From contig CM075991.1 of the NCBI GenBank assembly GCA_038087875.1, positions 2,232,001-2,296,000 on the forward strand: a stretch of 64,000 nucleotides of DNA. The letters are read 5' to 3'. This DNA is from Malacoraja senta. Lineage: Eukaryota. A model generated the notes under the pieces. That model was not told where the DNA came from, did not search any database, and was given only the letters and a program-made list of their open reading frames with translations. Positions 50,750-63,289 of the stretch are shown piece by piece (within the stretch, counting starts at the first letter, position 1; each line of letters starts with the position of its first letter). Both the position numbers and the translations under genes were made by a program.

Positions 50750-52537
50750 CCTTGGTAAGGCCATCACAAAAGCCAAAAGGGACTTCTGCTCCAAGCTGGA
50801 GGATGAGATGGATGTTCGGCAGCTGTGGTGGGGGCTTGAATGCCATCACCTCCTACAAGGCGAAATCAGGAGGCAGCTCAAATGTCAGCGAAGCATCACT
50901 CCCTGACAAGCTCAATGCGTTCTACGCACGCTTTGACAGGGAGAATACTGATGTGCCTTCCCGAGCCCCCATTCGCTGTGATGGTATTTCAGTCTCAGTC
51001 ACAGAGGCCGACGTCAGAAGATCTTTCAGAGGGGTGAACCCTCAGAAAGCCCCTGGACCTGATGGTAGACCCGGCCGTGTTCTAAAAACCAATGCGGGCC
51101 AACTGGCTGGAGTTTTTACGGACATTTTCAACCTCTCACTTCTGAGGTCTCAGGTTCCCACCTGCTTTAAAAGGGCATCAATAATACCGGTGCCCAAGAA
51201 GAGTAAGGTGACGTGCCTCAATGATTATCGACCTGTGGCACTAACGTCTGTGGTGATGAAGTGCTTTGAGAGGTTGATTATGGCGCATATCAACTCCTAC
51301 CTCGACATGAACCTCGACCCACTGCAGTTCGCTTGCCGCCACAACAGATCAACAGTGGATGCGATCTCACTGGCCCTCCACTCCGCTCTGGACCACTTGG
51401 ATAACTGAAACTCATATGTCAGGCTGTTATTCATTGACTTCAGCTCGGCGTTTAATACAATCATCATCTCCAAGCTGGTTGCCAAGCTCTGAGATCTGGG
51501 TCTCTGCACATCCCTCTGCAATTCCTCATCCACAGACCACACTCTGTCCGTATTGGTGGAAATGTGTCATCCTTGATAACAATCAGCACGGGAGCACCTC
51601 AAGGCTGCGTGCTCAGCCCCCTGCTGTACTCACTCTAAGTTCATGACTGCGTAGCCGGACATAGTGCGAACTCCATCATCAAGTTCGCAGACGACACCAC
51701 TATTGTGAGACGTATCACTGATGGGGACGAATCAGAGTATAGAAGTGAGATCGACCGATTGACCAAATGGTGCCAGCACAATAACCTGGATCTCAACACC
51801 AGCAAAACCAAGGAACTGATTGTGGACTTTGGAAGGGGTTGGATAGGGACCCACAATCCCATTTACATCAACGGGACGATGGTGGAAAGGGTCAAGAACT
51901 TCAAATTCCTGGGCGTGCACATTTCGGAAGATCTTTCCTGGTCCCAGCACACTGATGCAATTATAAAGAAAGCACATCAGCGCCTCTACTTCCTGAGATG
52001 ATTACGGAGAGTTGGTATGTCAAAGAGGACTCTCTCGAACGTCTACACGTGCACAGTAGAGAGCACGCTGACTGGTTGCATCGTGGCTTGGTTTGGCAAC
52101 TTGAGCGTCCAGGAGCGGAAAAGGATGCAGAAAGTTGTAAACACTGCCCAGTCCATCATCGGCTCTGACCTCCCCACCATCGAAGGGATCTATCGCAGTC
52201 GCTGTCTCAAAAAGGCAGCCAACATCATCAAGGACCCACACCATCCTGGCCAAGCACTCATCTCTCTGCTACCATCGGGCAGAAGGTACAGGTGCCTGAA
52301 ATCTGTTACATCCAGGTTCAGGAACATCTGCTTCCCCACAGCCATCAGGCTATTAAACTCGCCAACAAACAGACTCTGAACTGTAACAGCCTATTGCACT
52401 TTATCTGCTTATTTATGTGTATATTGAACTGAACTGTGCTGTATTTTTGCTTACAATACTCTGTCGTGCTGCAGCAAGCAAGAATTTCATTGTCCTATCT
52501 GGGACACATGACAATAAACTCTCTTGACTTGACTTGA
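50750..52537 (+). mobile_element. Rex1/Babar LINE, degraded RT
   Basis: [55 protein letters not shown]; stops and frameshifts; (cttga)n tail. Confidence 0.92.
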
Positions 52538-52844
52538 TCGATCCAAAATGGATATTGGATACATTTACCCTAGAGAGAACACTGCATCCACAATTTCTAG
52601 GGCAACCTCCTTGTACACTCTGGGATGCAGACCATCAGGCCCTAGGGAGTTATCTGCCTTCTGTCCCAACAGTTTAGCAAACACCATTTTCTGACTAATG
52701 TGGATTCCCTTCAGTTCCCCCCTCCCACTAGATGCTCGGTCCCATAGTGTTTCCGGGAGATTGTTTATGTCTTCCTTAGTGAAAGCAGAACCAAACTACT
52801 TGTTTAACTGTTCTGCCATTTCCTTGTTTCCCATTGTAGAGTCT

Positions 52845-53412
52845 AAGAGATAGGAGTAGAATTAGGCCAGTTGGCCCATCAAGTCTACTCCGCCATTCAA
52901 TCATGGCTGATCTATCTCTCCCTCCTAACGCCATTCTCCTGCCTTCTTCCCATAACCTCTGACACCTGTACTAATCAAAAATATATCTATCTCTGCCTTA
53001 AATATATCCACTGACTTTGCCTCCACAGCCATCTGTGGCAAATAATTCCACAGATTCACCATCCTCTGACTAAAAAAATTCCTCTTCATCTCCTTCCCAA
53101 AAGAATGTCCTTTAATTCTGAGGCTATGACCTCTACTCCTAGAATCTTCCACTAGTGGAAACATCCTCTCCACATCCACTCTATCTAAGCCATTCACTAT
53201 TCTGTACTTTCCAATGATGTCCCCTCTCATTCTTCTAACTCCAGCCAATATAGGACCAGTGCCGTCAAATGCTCATCCTACTGCATGTTAACCCCCTCGA
53301 GGATTCCTGGGATCATTCTTGTAAACCTCCTCTGACCCTTTCCGGGGCCAGCACATCCTTCCTCAGATATGGTGCCCAAAATGGCTCACAATATTCCAAA
53401 TGCAGCCTGGCC
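52845..53412 (-). mobile_element. CR1 3' fragment
   Basis: ORF 52925-53248. Confidence 0.85.
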
Positions 53413-54614
53413 TGTTTCCACGTTGTACCTTTCAATCAATTAAAACTCTAATAAGACCCCGAATGAGACTTTGATCATCATTCCTCTTCCCATCCCATTT
53501 AGATATGGACAGCACATTTTCGTTTTAGATTTTATACTTTTGACTTTCGAGATCCATTGCGGAAACAGGCCTTTGGGACCACCTTGTCTGCACTGAATCG
53601 CAATCCCCATACACTAACACTCCCCTACACATTTTTACTAATTTTCCAAAGCCAATTATCCAACAAACCTGCATGTCTTTGCAATGTGGGAGGAAACCGG
53701 AGCATCCAAAGAAAACCCGGAGAAAACTAACGCGGAAGACGTACAAACTCCATACAGACAACGCCTGAATGAAAACACACATTTTCATTCAATGGAAACA
53801 TAGAATGTAGAACAGTACAGGAACAGGTCCTTCGGCCCGAAATATCTGTGCCGAACATGATGCCAAGACCAACTCTTATCTGCCTTCACATAATCCATAT
53901 TCCTCCATTCCCTGCATATCCACATGCCTGTCAGACAACCTCTTAAATGCCACTATCATATCTGCCACTGCCAATCCTGGCACCATGCTCAGTGCACCCA
54001 CCACTCTGTGTGTAGAAACTTGCCCCGAACATCTCCTTTAAACTTTGCCCCTCTCGCCTTAAAGTTACGCTCTCTAGTCTAATATTTCCATGCTGGGGAA
54101 AAGAAAGGTTCTGACTGGCTTCCTTATTTATGCCTCTCATCATTTTATTTACTTCTATCAGATCCCCCCCCCTCCGTCTACAATGCTTCAGCGAAAACAA
54201 TCCAAGTCTGTCCAAGCTCTCCTGTAGCTAATACCCTAATCAAGATGCCCCATCTCAGCGAGTCCCATTTGCCCACATCTGATCCATATCCCTCTAAACC
54301 CTCCCTCTCCATGTGCCTGTCCAAGTGCTTTCTAAATGCTTTTTATTGTGCCTACATTTACACAGCCCTCAAACAGCACAGATACTTATCCAATGCACCA
54401 TCACTTCTAGGCTGAAGATGGACACAGAAAGCTGGAGTAACTTAGCGGGTCAGGTAGCCGGTCTGACAGTCAGTCTGAAGAAGGGTCTCAACCTGAAATG
54501 TCACCTATTCCTTTTCTCCAGGGATGCTGTGATACTCCAGCTTTTTGTGTCTGTCTATGGTTTAAACCAGCATCCTACTGTACATATACCAAAAACTTAA
54601 TCTGCCTGTTGAAA

Positions 54615-55275
54615 CAGTAGTAAATAAAGCAAATGCAATGCTAGCATTTATTTCGAGAGGGTTTATATACAAAAACAGTGATGTAATGCTGAGGCTCTAT
54701 AAGGCGCTGGCCAGGCTGCATTTGGAATATTCTGAGCAATTTTGGGCATCATATCTGAGGAAGGATGTGCTGGCTCTGGAGAGGGTCCAGAGGAGGTTTA
54801 GAAAAATGATCCCAGGAATGAGTAGGTTAACATATGATGAGTGTTTGACGGCACTATATTGGCTGGAGTTTAGAAGAATGAGGGGGGACCTCATTGCAAT
54901 GTACAGAATAGTGAAATTCTGATAGAGTGGATGTGGAGAAGATGTTTCAACTGGTGGGAGAGTCTAGGACTAGAGGTCATAGCCTCAGAATTAACGGGTG
55001 TTCTTTTAGGAATATGAGGAGGAATTTCTTTGGTCAGAGGGTGGTGAATCTGTGGAATTCTTTGCCACAGAAGGCTGTGGAGGCAAAGTCAGTGGATATA
55101 TTTAAGGCAGAGATAGATAAATTCTTGATTAGTATAGATGTCAGAGGTTATGGGGAGAAGGCAAGAGAATGGGGTTGGGGAGGGAGAGATAGATCAGCCA
55201 TGATTGAATGGCGGTGTAGACTCGATGGGCCGAATGGCCCTAATTCTACTCCCACATCTTGTGATCGTATGAACT
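54615..55275 (+). mobile_element. CR1 3' fragment
   Basis: ORFs 54638-54922 and 54927-55313. Confidence 0.9.
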
Positions 55276-55726
55276 TCTCGGCCAATGTGTTGCACATAAA
55301 TAATTCAATTTGACCAGTGTAAAGTACAAAGAAGCTAACACTACTCAGTCACCAAGTCAAACTTACCTACACATTTCAGCAACTAAAATAGGCCAGCAGT
55401 GATATTACTCGCAAGCACTTAGATAATTGCTTCTAATTAGCTGTTAGAATGCATTTCAGTTTCAGAAGCAATTCTCCCACCGCCACCACCACCCTGCCTC
55501 TGCAGCAGAAGCTGCGCATAATTTCTAATTGTAACTGAGCAATTGCCAGTTACAATTGTGAATGAAAGATTGTTAAATTCTGGGAGATAATAACATTTAT
55601 GGGCAGCTATGAGCAATTGCCAACATTTGCCAATGGATAGAGTCGTCTGTGCTAAACCCCATTGGCCCAAGGACTGAGAGACAGAAGGGCAGCACGGTGG
55701 TGCAACAAGTAAAGTTGCCTGCCTTA

Positions 55727-56047
55727 AACCCCTGTCCCACTGGTACGAGTTCATTCCAAGAGCTCTCCCGAGTTTGTCCTGATTCGAACTCGGAGATTTA
55801 CGGTAATGGCCACTCGTCGGTACTCGGGGCTCTCGTGGACATTTTTCATCATGTTGAAAAATCTTCACGAGTCTTCCCGTGCTTACGTGCCGTTAGCAAA
55901 GCATTCCCGAGTACCTGCCGTTAGCACTAAGAGACGTCCCCGAGCTCCGACGTACCTGCTACGTTCATTCTCCGTGCTTACCGCAAGTTTTGGTTTTTTA
56001 ACTCGGGGAGAGCACTTGGAATGAACTCGTTCCGTGGGACAGGGCTA
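55727..56047. mobile_element. PIF/Harbinger-like MITE inserted in an HE1 SINE head
   Basis: tta|AACCCCTGTCCCAC ... GTGGGACAGGGCTA|tta; removal restores gccttacagcgccaga. Confidence 0.85.
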
Positions 56048-57032
56048 TTACAGCGCCAGAGACATGGGTTCGATCCTGACCATGGGTGCTGATTGTACGG
56101 AGTTTGTACGTTCTCGCCATGATCACGTGGGTTTTCTCCGGGCGCCCCGGTTTCCTCCCACATTCCTCAGACGTGCAGGTTTCTAGGTAAATTGCCTTCA
56201 AATTGTCCCCAGTGTGCAGGTTAGAACTAATGTACGGGTGATCGCAGGTCGGAGTTAACTCAGCAGCCCAAATGGCCTGTTTCATGCTGTATCGCTAAAA
56301 TTAATAACTAAAGATGATGATCATCTCCAATCGACACATTAGTGTGAGCAAGTCTTACAGGTTAGTTAATGAGTCCTGTAGAAGAGACTGTAGAATGTCC
56401 CTCCACAGATGCTGTCTGGCCCGCTGAATTCCTCCAGCAATTTGTTTTGTCAGGTTCAGCTTTAGGTTTGTTATTGCGTGTGTACCTAGGTACAGTGAAA
56501 AGCTTTCTTTTGCATCCTATCCACACAGATCTGATACACCATACATGAATGCAATCAACTCAAATTCAAGTACAATGCATAGCGCAAAGGGCAAGATGCA
56601 GAGGGCAGAATATAATTCTCAGCTTTTAGCAGCAGTTCCATTGACAAAGTACGATCTCACAAAGGGGTAGAGGTGAATTGGTCACTAGATTAGTGAAGGA
56701 CTGTTCAGAAGCCAGATAACAGAGTGGAAGAAGCTGTTCCTCTGGTTGTCCTCGCTTTCACGTTCTGCACCTTCCGCTGATTCAGGAGGAGGGAGAAGAC
56801 GGAACGACCATAGTGGAATGTTGTTGAAGGCAGACACAAAAAGCTGGAGTAACTCAGCGGGTCAGGCAGCATCACTGGAGAGAAGGAACAGGTGACTTTT
56901 CGGACGGTGTGATCCACCTTCAGACTGAGTCAGGGGAGAGGGAAGCCAGAGGTATGAAAAGGTACAGAACAAAGCAGGGCCGGCTCCGATGGCCGAAGAT
57001 GGCTGCTTCTCTGTGGCACTGTGAAGTGTAGA

Positions 57033-57372
57033 GCTCCCCGTTGGATTTGCAAACTTGTCGTGGTCGGGGAGCTTGTGTGTCTCAGTGACCCCTAGAGCTA
57101 TGCCAGCGGGAGATTCGTCTCCTGTTAGGGTCTCCCATTCTGGACAGGTCGAAGGGTAGAGGCGAGATGAAGAGCGATCCCACTGGTCCTCCAGGTTGGA
57201 GGTTGAGCACAGGTCTAACAACCCTGTCTTGTAAAACAAATATGGTTGCGGAAGCAGCAACTGAAGGAATCAACACTACTGGCGTGATGGACCCAGAACA
57301 GACAGGAGTGGAGGACCTTTGTTGCTGCCCCTACATGCCAGGAGGCATAATAGGCAGTAAGTAAGTAAGTAC
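57033..57372 (+). mobile_element. Bipartite non-autonomous RTE-clade element (5' UTR plus 3' end)
   Basis: 12-bp TSD gtgaagtgtaga; 3' end encodes QNRQEWRTFVAA-like RTE C-terminus; (taag)n tail. Confidence 0.8.
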
Positions 57373-58514
57373 GTGAAGTGTAGATGGAGTCTGGTCTGTG
57401 TGATGGACTGGGCTACATCAACAACACTTCTTGCTTCATGGACTGTCTGTCCCTGAAATGTTCTATTGAATGCAGACACAATATTGTACTGGCAAAAAAT
57501 GTGTAAAAATGCCCAACGCAACAGTGTCCACTAATAGAAGTAACAAGCAGGAAGGAACCGCTGATGCTGGTCTATAGCGAAGATAGACACAAAATGCTGG
57601 AGTAACTCAGCATCTCCGGAGAGAATAAGTTTCGGGTCCAATCTGAAGAAGGGTCTCGACCCGAAACATCACCCGTTCCTTCTCTCCAAAGATGCTGCCT
57701 GTCCCGCTGAGTTACTCCAGCAATTTTTGTGCCTTTCTTCAATTAAGGTAATGCTATTTGGTTTAAAAGGTCAGGAAGAGTAAACAATAAGGTTGAATTT
57801 CCACAGGGGACTGTGCTGTAACTTAAATGGAAAATCTGCAGGAGCTCTGGAGAAACAGCATAAGCAATGTGATATCATCTACATCAGCCCCTTGAAGTGC
57901 TGGGCAGAATGACTGTCAAAGTTACGGAAGCAATTGAAAGACCCTCCTGTGGAAATTCCACCTTCAATTTGATTGCAAGAGACTGCTGCAATAACTCTGC
58001 AAAATTAACTAAAGCTCTACCTGAAAAGAATCAGATTAAGGTTCACGAATTGTCATTTCAAAGAGAAATGAAGTCACGCAAGATTGAGCTGAAATTTGAA
58101 GTGCTACTGTATTTTCCATGTGGGCTAAGCTCACACAATAGACCTGAACATATCATTGTCCCCCAGTGTTCAAGCCAGAATCTTGTGTCAACTCAATTAT
58201 TAAAGTTCTCCTGTGAAAGATTGCCCCTGAAGTTTTTTAAGCTTATTTTATCCAGAACTCCTGTTCCCATCTCTCTCCAGACTAATTACTGCTCTTCGAT
58301 GCCTCAAGCTACAAACCGTTCGTAATTCTGACCAAGGTTCTATATATATTCCTCCTTGCACATTATGGACAACACACAGTGGCGCAACTGGCAGAACCAC
58401 CGCCTCACAGCGCCAAAGACCCAGGTTCAATCCTGACCATGGGTACTGTCTATGTGAAGTTTGTACATACTCCCTACAGTCACCATGTGGGGTTCTACTC
58501 CAGTTCCCTCTCAG

Positions 58515-59140
58515 TTCAGTTTAAATGTATTGTCACGTGTTCCGAGGTACAGTGAAAAGGCTATTGTTGCGCGCTAACCAGTCAGCGGAAAGACAATGCA
58601 TGATTACCATCGAGCCATTCAAAGTGTACAGATATATGTTAAGGAATAACATTCAGTGCAAGGTAAAGTCAGATCAAAGGTAGTCCAAAGGTCACCAATC
58701 AGGTAAGTAGTAGTTCAGGACTGCTCTCTGGTTGTGGTAGGATGGTTCAGTTGCCTGATAGCAGCTGGGAAGAAACTGTCCCTGAATCTGGAGATGTGCA
58801 TTTTCACACTTCTATACCTTTTGCCCGAGTGGGAGAGGGGAGAAGAGGAGTTGCCAGGGTGCGACTTGTCCTTGATTATGCTGCTGGCCTTGCCGAGGTA
58901 TAAATGGAGTCAATGGAAGAGAGGTTGGTTTGTGTGATATTCTGGGCAGCGTCCACAATTATAGCTGTCTTGGGGTGAAGCTGTTCCCAAACCAAGCTGT
59001 GATGCATCCCGATAAAATGCTTTCTACCGCACATCTGTAGAAGTTAGTGAGTGTTGTTGGGGACATGCTGAACTTCCTAAACCTTGTAAGGAGGAAGAGG
59101 CATTGGTGCTTTCTTGGACGTTGCTTCTATATGGGTGGTC
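58515..59140 (-). mobile_element. Rex1/Babar LINE 3' fragment
   Basis: Reverse complement matches the element at 30585-31140. Confidence 0.8.
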
Positions 59141-59411
59141 CTTGTCCTACTTGATAAAGCTGGGCAAAGCAGTTGTTTCCTGGGGAGAATTACGGTGGAA
59201 AACCACTTATACCCATTGATATTTATCAACCGGAGTTAAAACGTATAAAATGTCTGGGAAAAACATTGAAATGAACATTAAAAAGACACAAAGTGCTGGA
59301 GTAACTCAGCGGGACAGGCAGCAACTCTGGAGCACATGAACATGTGACGCTTCGGGTCGAGACCCTTCTTCAGAAACCAGCATCTGCAGTTCTTTATTTC
59401 TACATTAAAGT

Positions 59412-59553
59412 CTACTTCTTCTTGCGTATGGCGTGCACGGCCCAAAGTTGTACGACAACTTGTTCTATTTGATCTTATTGATTGTGCATGGTTGATTGCA
59501 TTCGTTGAAACAGGGCGGATCACGTGAAGGTTGCAATCTCCCACCGCAAGAAG
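59412..59553 (-). mobile_element. 142-bp short retroelement with HDV-like ribozyme head
   Basis: 10-bp TSD acattaaagt (59402-59411, 59554-59563); (aag)n tail; no tRNA boxes. Confidence 0.8.
59494..59547 (-). ncRNA. Candidate minimal HDV-like self-cleaving ribozyme (probably decayed copy)
   Basis: GCGGUGG-GA-GAUUGCA-ACC-UUCACGU-GAU-CCGCCCU-G-UUUCAA-CGAA-UGCAAUC fits P1-P2-P3-L3-P3'-P1'-G-(no P4)-CGAA-P2'. Confidence 0.7.
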
Positions 59554-60254
59554 ACATTAAAGTGAACATGTCTTGTAAAGAACATTTATCTACATTTTAA
59601 GATATCTTCTCAGCTTCTCAGCTATCACTAACTGCCTTCTTTTACGTAATGCTAATTTCAATTACAGTAAAATATCTCAGCAATTTGAGCAATTATTATG
59701 ATTTATCTAAAATGATATAAACTTGCATTGATCTGATTACTTCAATTATAAAACTAATCTAATTAGATTTGTCATCATTTTTAAATCCTTACAAGTCTAG
59801 GTTCAGTTTATTATTGTCACATGTACAGTGAAAAACTTTGTTTGCTTGCTAACCATTCTGACCAGATTACAATACACAGATGCAATCAGACTCAAGTACA
59901 GTAGATAGAGCAAAGACATAGACAGGAAACTTAGATGAGTAGTAGACCCTTCTCTGCAAAGAACATGACAAGAGGCACCATCTTCTACAATCATCTTTCT
60001 GTAATCTCCTTAAGGTTATTATGTAACTCCGTTAAGGATGGCAATCCGCTGGGATTCCTGCACCATTCCAGTCCTTACTTCTTATGATGTTCATTATTCC
60101 TTCATTGTTGGCCAAGGACCTTCAGCTATTAAAGCTCTCAGCATTTTTCACACAGGGGGTGGTTGCTTATATGGAGGAGGTAGTTGAGGTACTGTAACAT
60201 TCAAAAGACATTTGGACAGGTACATGGTTAGGAAAGGTTCAGAAGGATATAAAA

Positions 60255-61278
60255 GTAGCTTTTTCAGGTTGGCTGCCAGAGACTAGAGGGGTTCGGCAAG
60301 GGTCAGTGTTGAGCCTTCTCTTCACGTTGTATATTAATGATTTGGAGAGGGGGATTGAAGCCTTTGTGGCCAAGTTTGCGGATGATGTTAGGATGGGTGG
60401 ATGGGCAGGCAGTGCTCTGCAAAGTCTCTGCAGAAGGACTTGGACAGGTTAGGAGAGTGGGCAGAGAAGTGGCAGATGAAATTCAGTGCAGCAAAGTGCG
60501 GAGTCATGTATTTTGTAATAAGAATATAGGCATAGATTATTTTCTACATGGAGAGAGAATCCAGAAATCGGAGGTGCAAAGGGACTTGGGAGTGCTGGTG
60601 CAGGACTCCCAAAAGGTTAATTTGCAAGTCGAATCGGTAGTCAAGGAAGGCAAATTCAATGCTAGCATTTATATCAAGAGGTCTGGAATTTAAAAACAGA
60701 GATAAAACGCTGAAGCTCTATAAGGTGCTGGTCAGGCAGTATTTGAAGAACTGTGAGCAAATTTGGGCCCCATATCTGAGGAAGGATGTGCTGGCTGGAG
60801 AGGGTCCAGAGGAGGTTTACAAGAATGATTCCAGGAAGGAGTGGGTTAGCATATGATGAGCGTTTGACAGCACTGGGCATCTACATGCTGGAGTTCAGAA
60901 GGTTAAGGGGGGACCTCATTGAAACTCACAGAATTATGAAAGGCACAGATAGAGTGGATGTGGAGAGGATGTTTCACTGGTGGGAGAGTCTAGGACCAGA
61001 GGCTACAGCCTCAGATTAAAGGGCGCTCTTTTAAAATGGAGGTGAGGAGAAACTTCTTTAGTCAGAGGGTAGTTAATCTGTGGAACTCATTGCCGCAGAG
61101 GGCTGTGGAGGCCAAGTCAGTAGATATTTTTAAGGCAGAGATTAGAACGGGTGTCAAGGGTTATGGGGAGGAGGCAGGAAAATGGGATTAGATGCAGAGA
61201 TCAGCCATGATTGAACGGCGGAGTAGACCCAATGGGCCGAATGGCCGAATTCTACTATAACTTGTGAACTTGTGAACA
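60255..61278 (+). mobile_element. Degraded CR1 RT 3' half
   Basis: gccaagtttgcggatgat (AKFADD); frameshifted ORFs 60337-61019; tail. Confidence 0.9.
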
Positions 61279-61364
61279 TGCTCTTCTTTGAAGCCTTGAG
61301 CTTGAAAGATTTTTTTAGAGATGGGGATCGTGTGAAAATTGGTCAGGTTACAGATCGATACTTA

Positions 61365-61805
61365 AGGGCCTGTCCCACAGGCATGTGACTCCATGCGGCA
61401 AGCGCGACCTAACCGCAAGCGGGGGCCGCCCAGAGGTCGAGTGATCCCGTACAGGGCCGGTCCCACCAGCATGCGGCTGCATGCGGCAAGCGCTACCAAA
61501 TCAGAAGCGGGGGCCGCGCGGAGGTGGAGTGACGTCAAGACGGTGCGTACGGCGGCGAGGCGGTGCGCACGGCCTCGATGCGGCTGCGGGGCGGCAGGCC
61601 GTTGCCGCACGGAATTTTTTGAATAGTGTCAGTTTTTCGGAGCCCCGCGCGATGTCGGGACCAAGCTCCGCACAACTCCATACGGCTCCGGCGATCGAAA
61701 TAGGACGGCCCCGCGACCTCCGCGCAGCCCCCGCACGGCCCCCCGCTTGCGGGTTTAGGTCGCGCTTGCCGCATGGGAGTCGCATGCGCCCGTGGGACAG
61801 GCCCT
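61365..61805. mobile_element. PIF/Harbinger-like GC-rich MITE
   Basis: tta|AGGGCCTGTCCCAC ... GTGGGACAGGCCCT|taa; inverted arms extend ~65 bp. Confidence 0.85.
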
Positions 61806-63289
61806 TAACTGCAGAGTGGGGTTGGGAGGCATGAGACCAACTCATACTTTCATTTCCAAGTCGATAGCTCCATGAATGTAGCAACACAGATAGATAAAGT
61901 GATAAAGAAGGCATACATATTATGCTTGTCTTCATCAGTTGGGCATTGAGAATAAGCGTCAGAAGTCATGTTACGTTTATAGGCCTTTGATGAGGCTGCA
62001 CGGAGTAGTGTGTGTGCCGTTCTGGTTGCCTCAGAAATGTTGCCGGAGGTTTTCCAGGCTGCTGCCCGGATTAAAGAGTTTAGCTATGAGGCGAATCACA
62101 AAGCACTGGAGTAACTCAGTGAGTCAGGCAACATCTCTGGAGTACATGGATAGGTGACATTTCAGGTCGAGACTCTTCTTCAGACTGATTGTCAGACCAA
62201 CCACCTGACCCGCTGAGTTACTCCAGCTTTCTGTGTCTATCTTCGGCCAGAAGTGATGGTGCATTGGATAAGGATCTGTTTCTATGGCCTAATTATACTC
62301 CTATCTCTTATGATCATATGAACGTCTAGGCTAATGTGTTGTACATCAATAATTCAATTTGCCCTGTGTAAAGTACAAAGATGCTAACTAGATGCTAACA
62401 TCGCAACAGGGATGCTGCTTAACCCACTGAGTTACTCCAGCACATTTTGTATACCAGCACCTGCAGTTTCTCGTTCTGCAGCCAATAGAGGTTGGAGAAA
62501 CTTGGGTTGTTAGAAGCATGTAAAATTAAGAGAGGCATAGATAGGGTAGACAGTCAGAATCTTTTGCCCAAATGGAAAACCCAAATCCTAGAGGGCATAC
62601 CTCTAAGATGGGAAGGGCAACATATGGAACACCTATCCATGTTCTCCAGAGTTGCACATTGCAGGCACAGTGGTGCCTGGAATGTGCCGTCAAGGGTAAA
62701 CGTGGAGGCAGATACGATGGTATAGGATTTTTTTTTCAATTTAGTTTATTGTCACAGTGAAAATCTTTGGAGTCGGAACCCTTCTTCAGACTGATTGCAG
62801 GAGGGGAGTGGGGAAAGAAAGCTGGGAGAGAGAAGCATCAGGTCGAGGCGTGGCATGCATTGGGGTGAACACAGGCGGGGGGGCGGCGGGGCAGAGGATA
62901 GGCAGATGTTGGACATTGGCCAGAGATTAAGCTACAAGGTGTGAGACAAAAGGATTGAAGAATAGTGAATTGTGAAGCCAGAGGAAGGAATGTAGGTGGA
63001 ACGGAAGGGGAGGGGGGAAATAGGTTGTGGGGGGAAGAGGGGGAGAGGGGTTTATGTTAGAAGCTACCTAAAATTGGTGAATTCAATGTTCCTACCATTG
63101 GATCGAGGTTTTTGGATAGGGTGATGGATATGCAGGGAATGGAGGGATACGGATCACGTCCAGACATGGCTTAGTTCGCCTCACGGACATTGTTGGATGA
63201 CGAGCCTGTTCGTGTGATACCGTTTTATCTTCTTGTGTTATAAGGTGGCTGAAAAAAGTTTCAATGTCAAACAGAAGAAGTCACCGTGA

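Noticed and set aside
57897..58325. 142-aa ORF in non-repeat DNA
   Set aside because: Non-ATG start, no recognisable domain, no convincing splice signals
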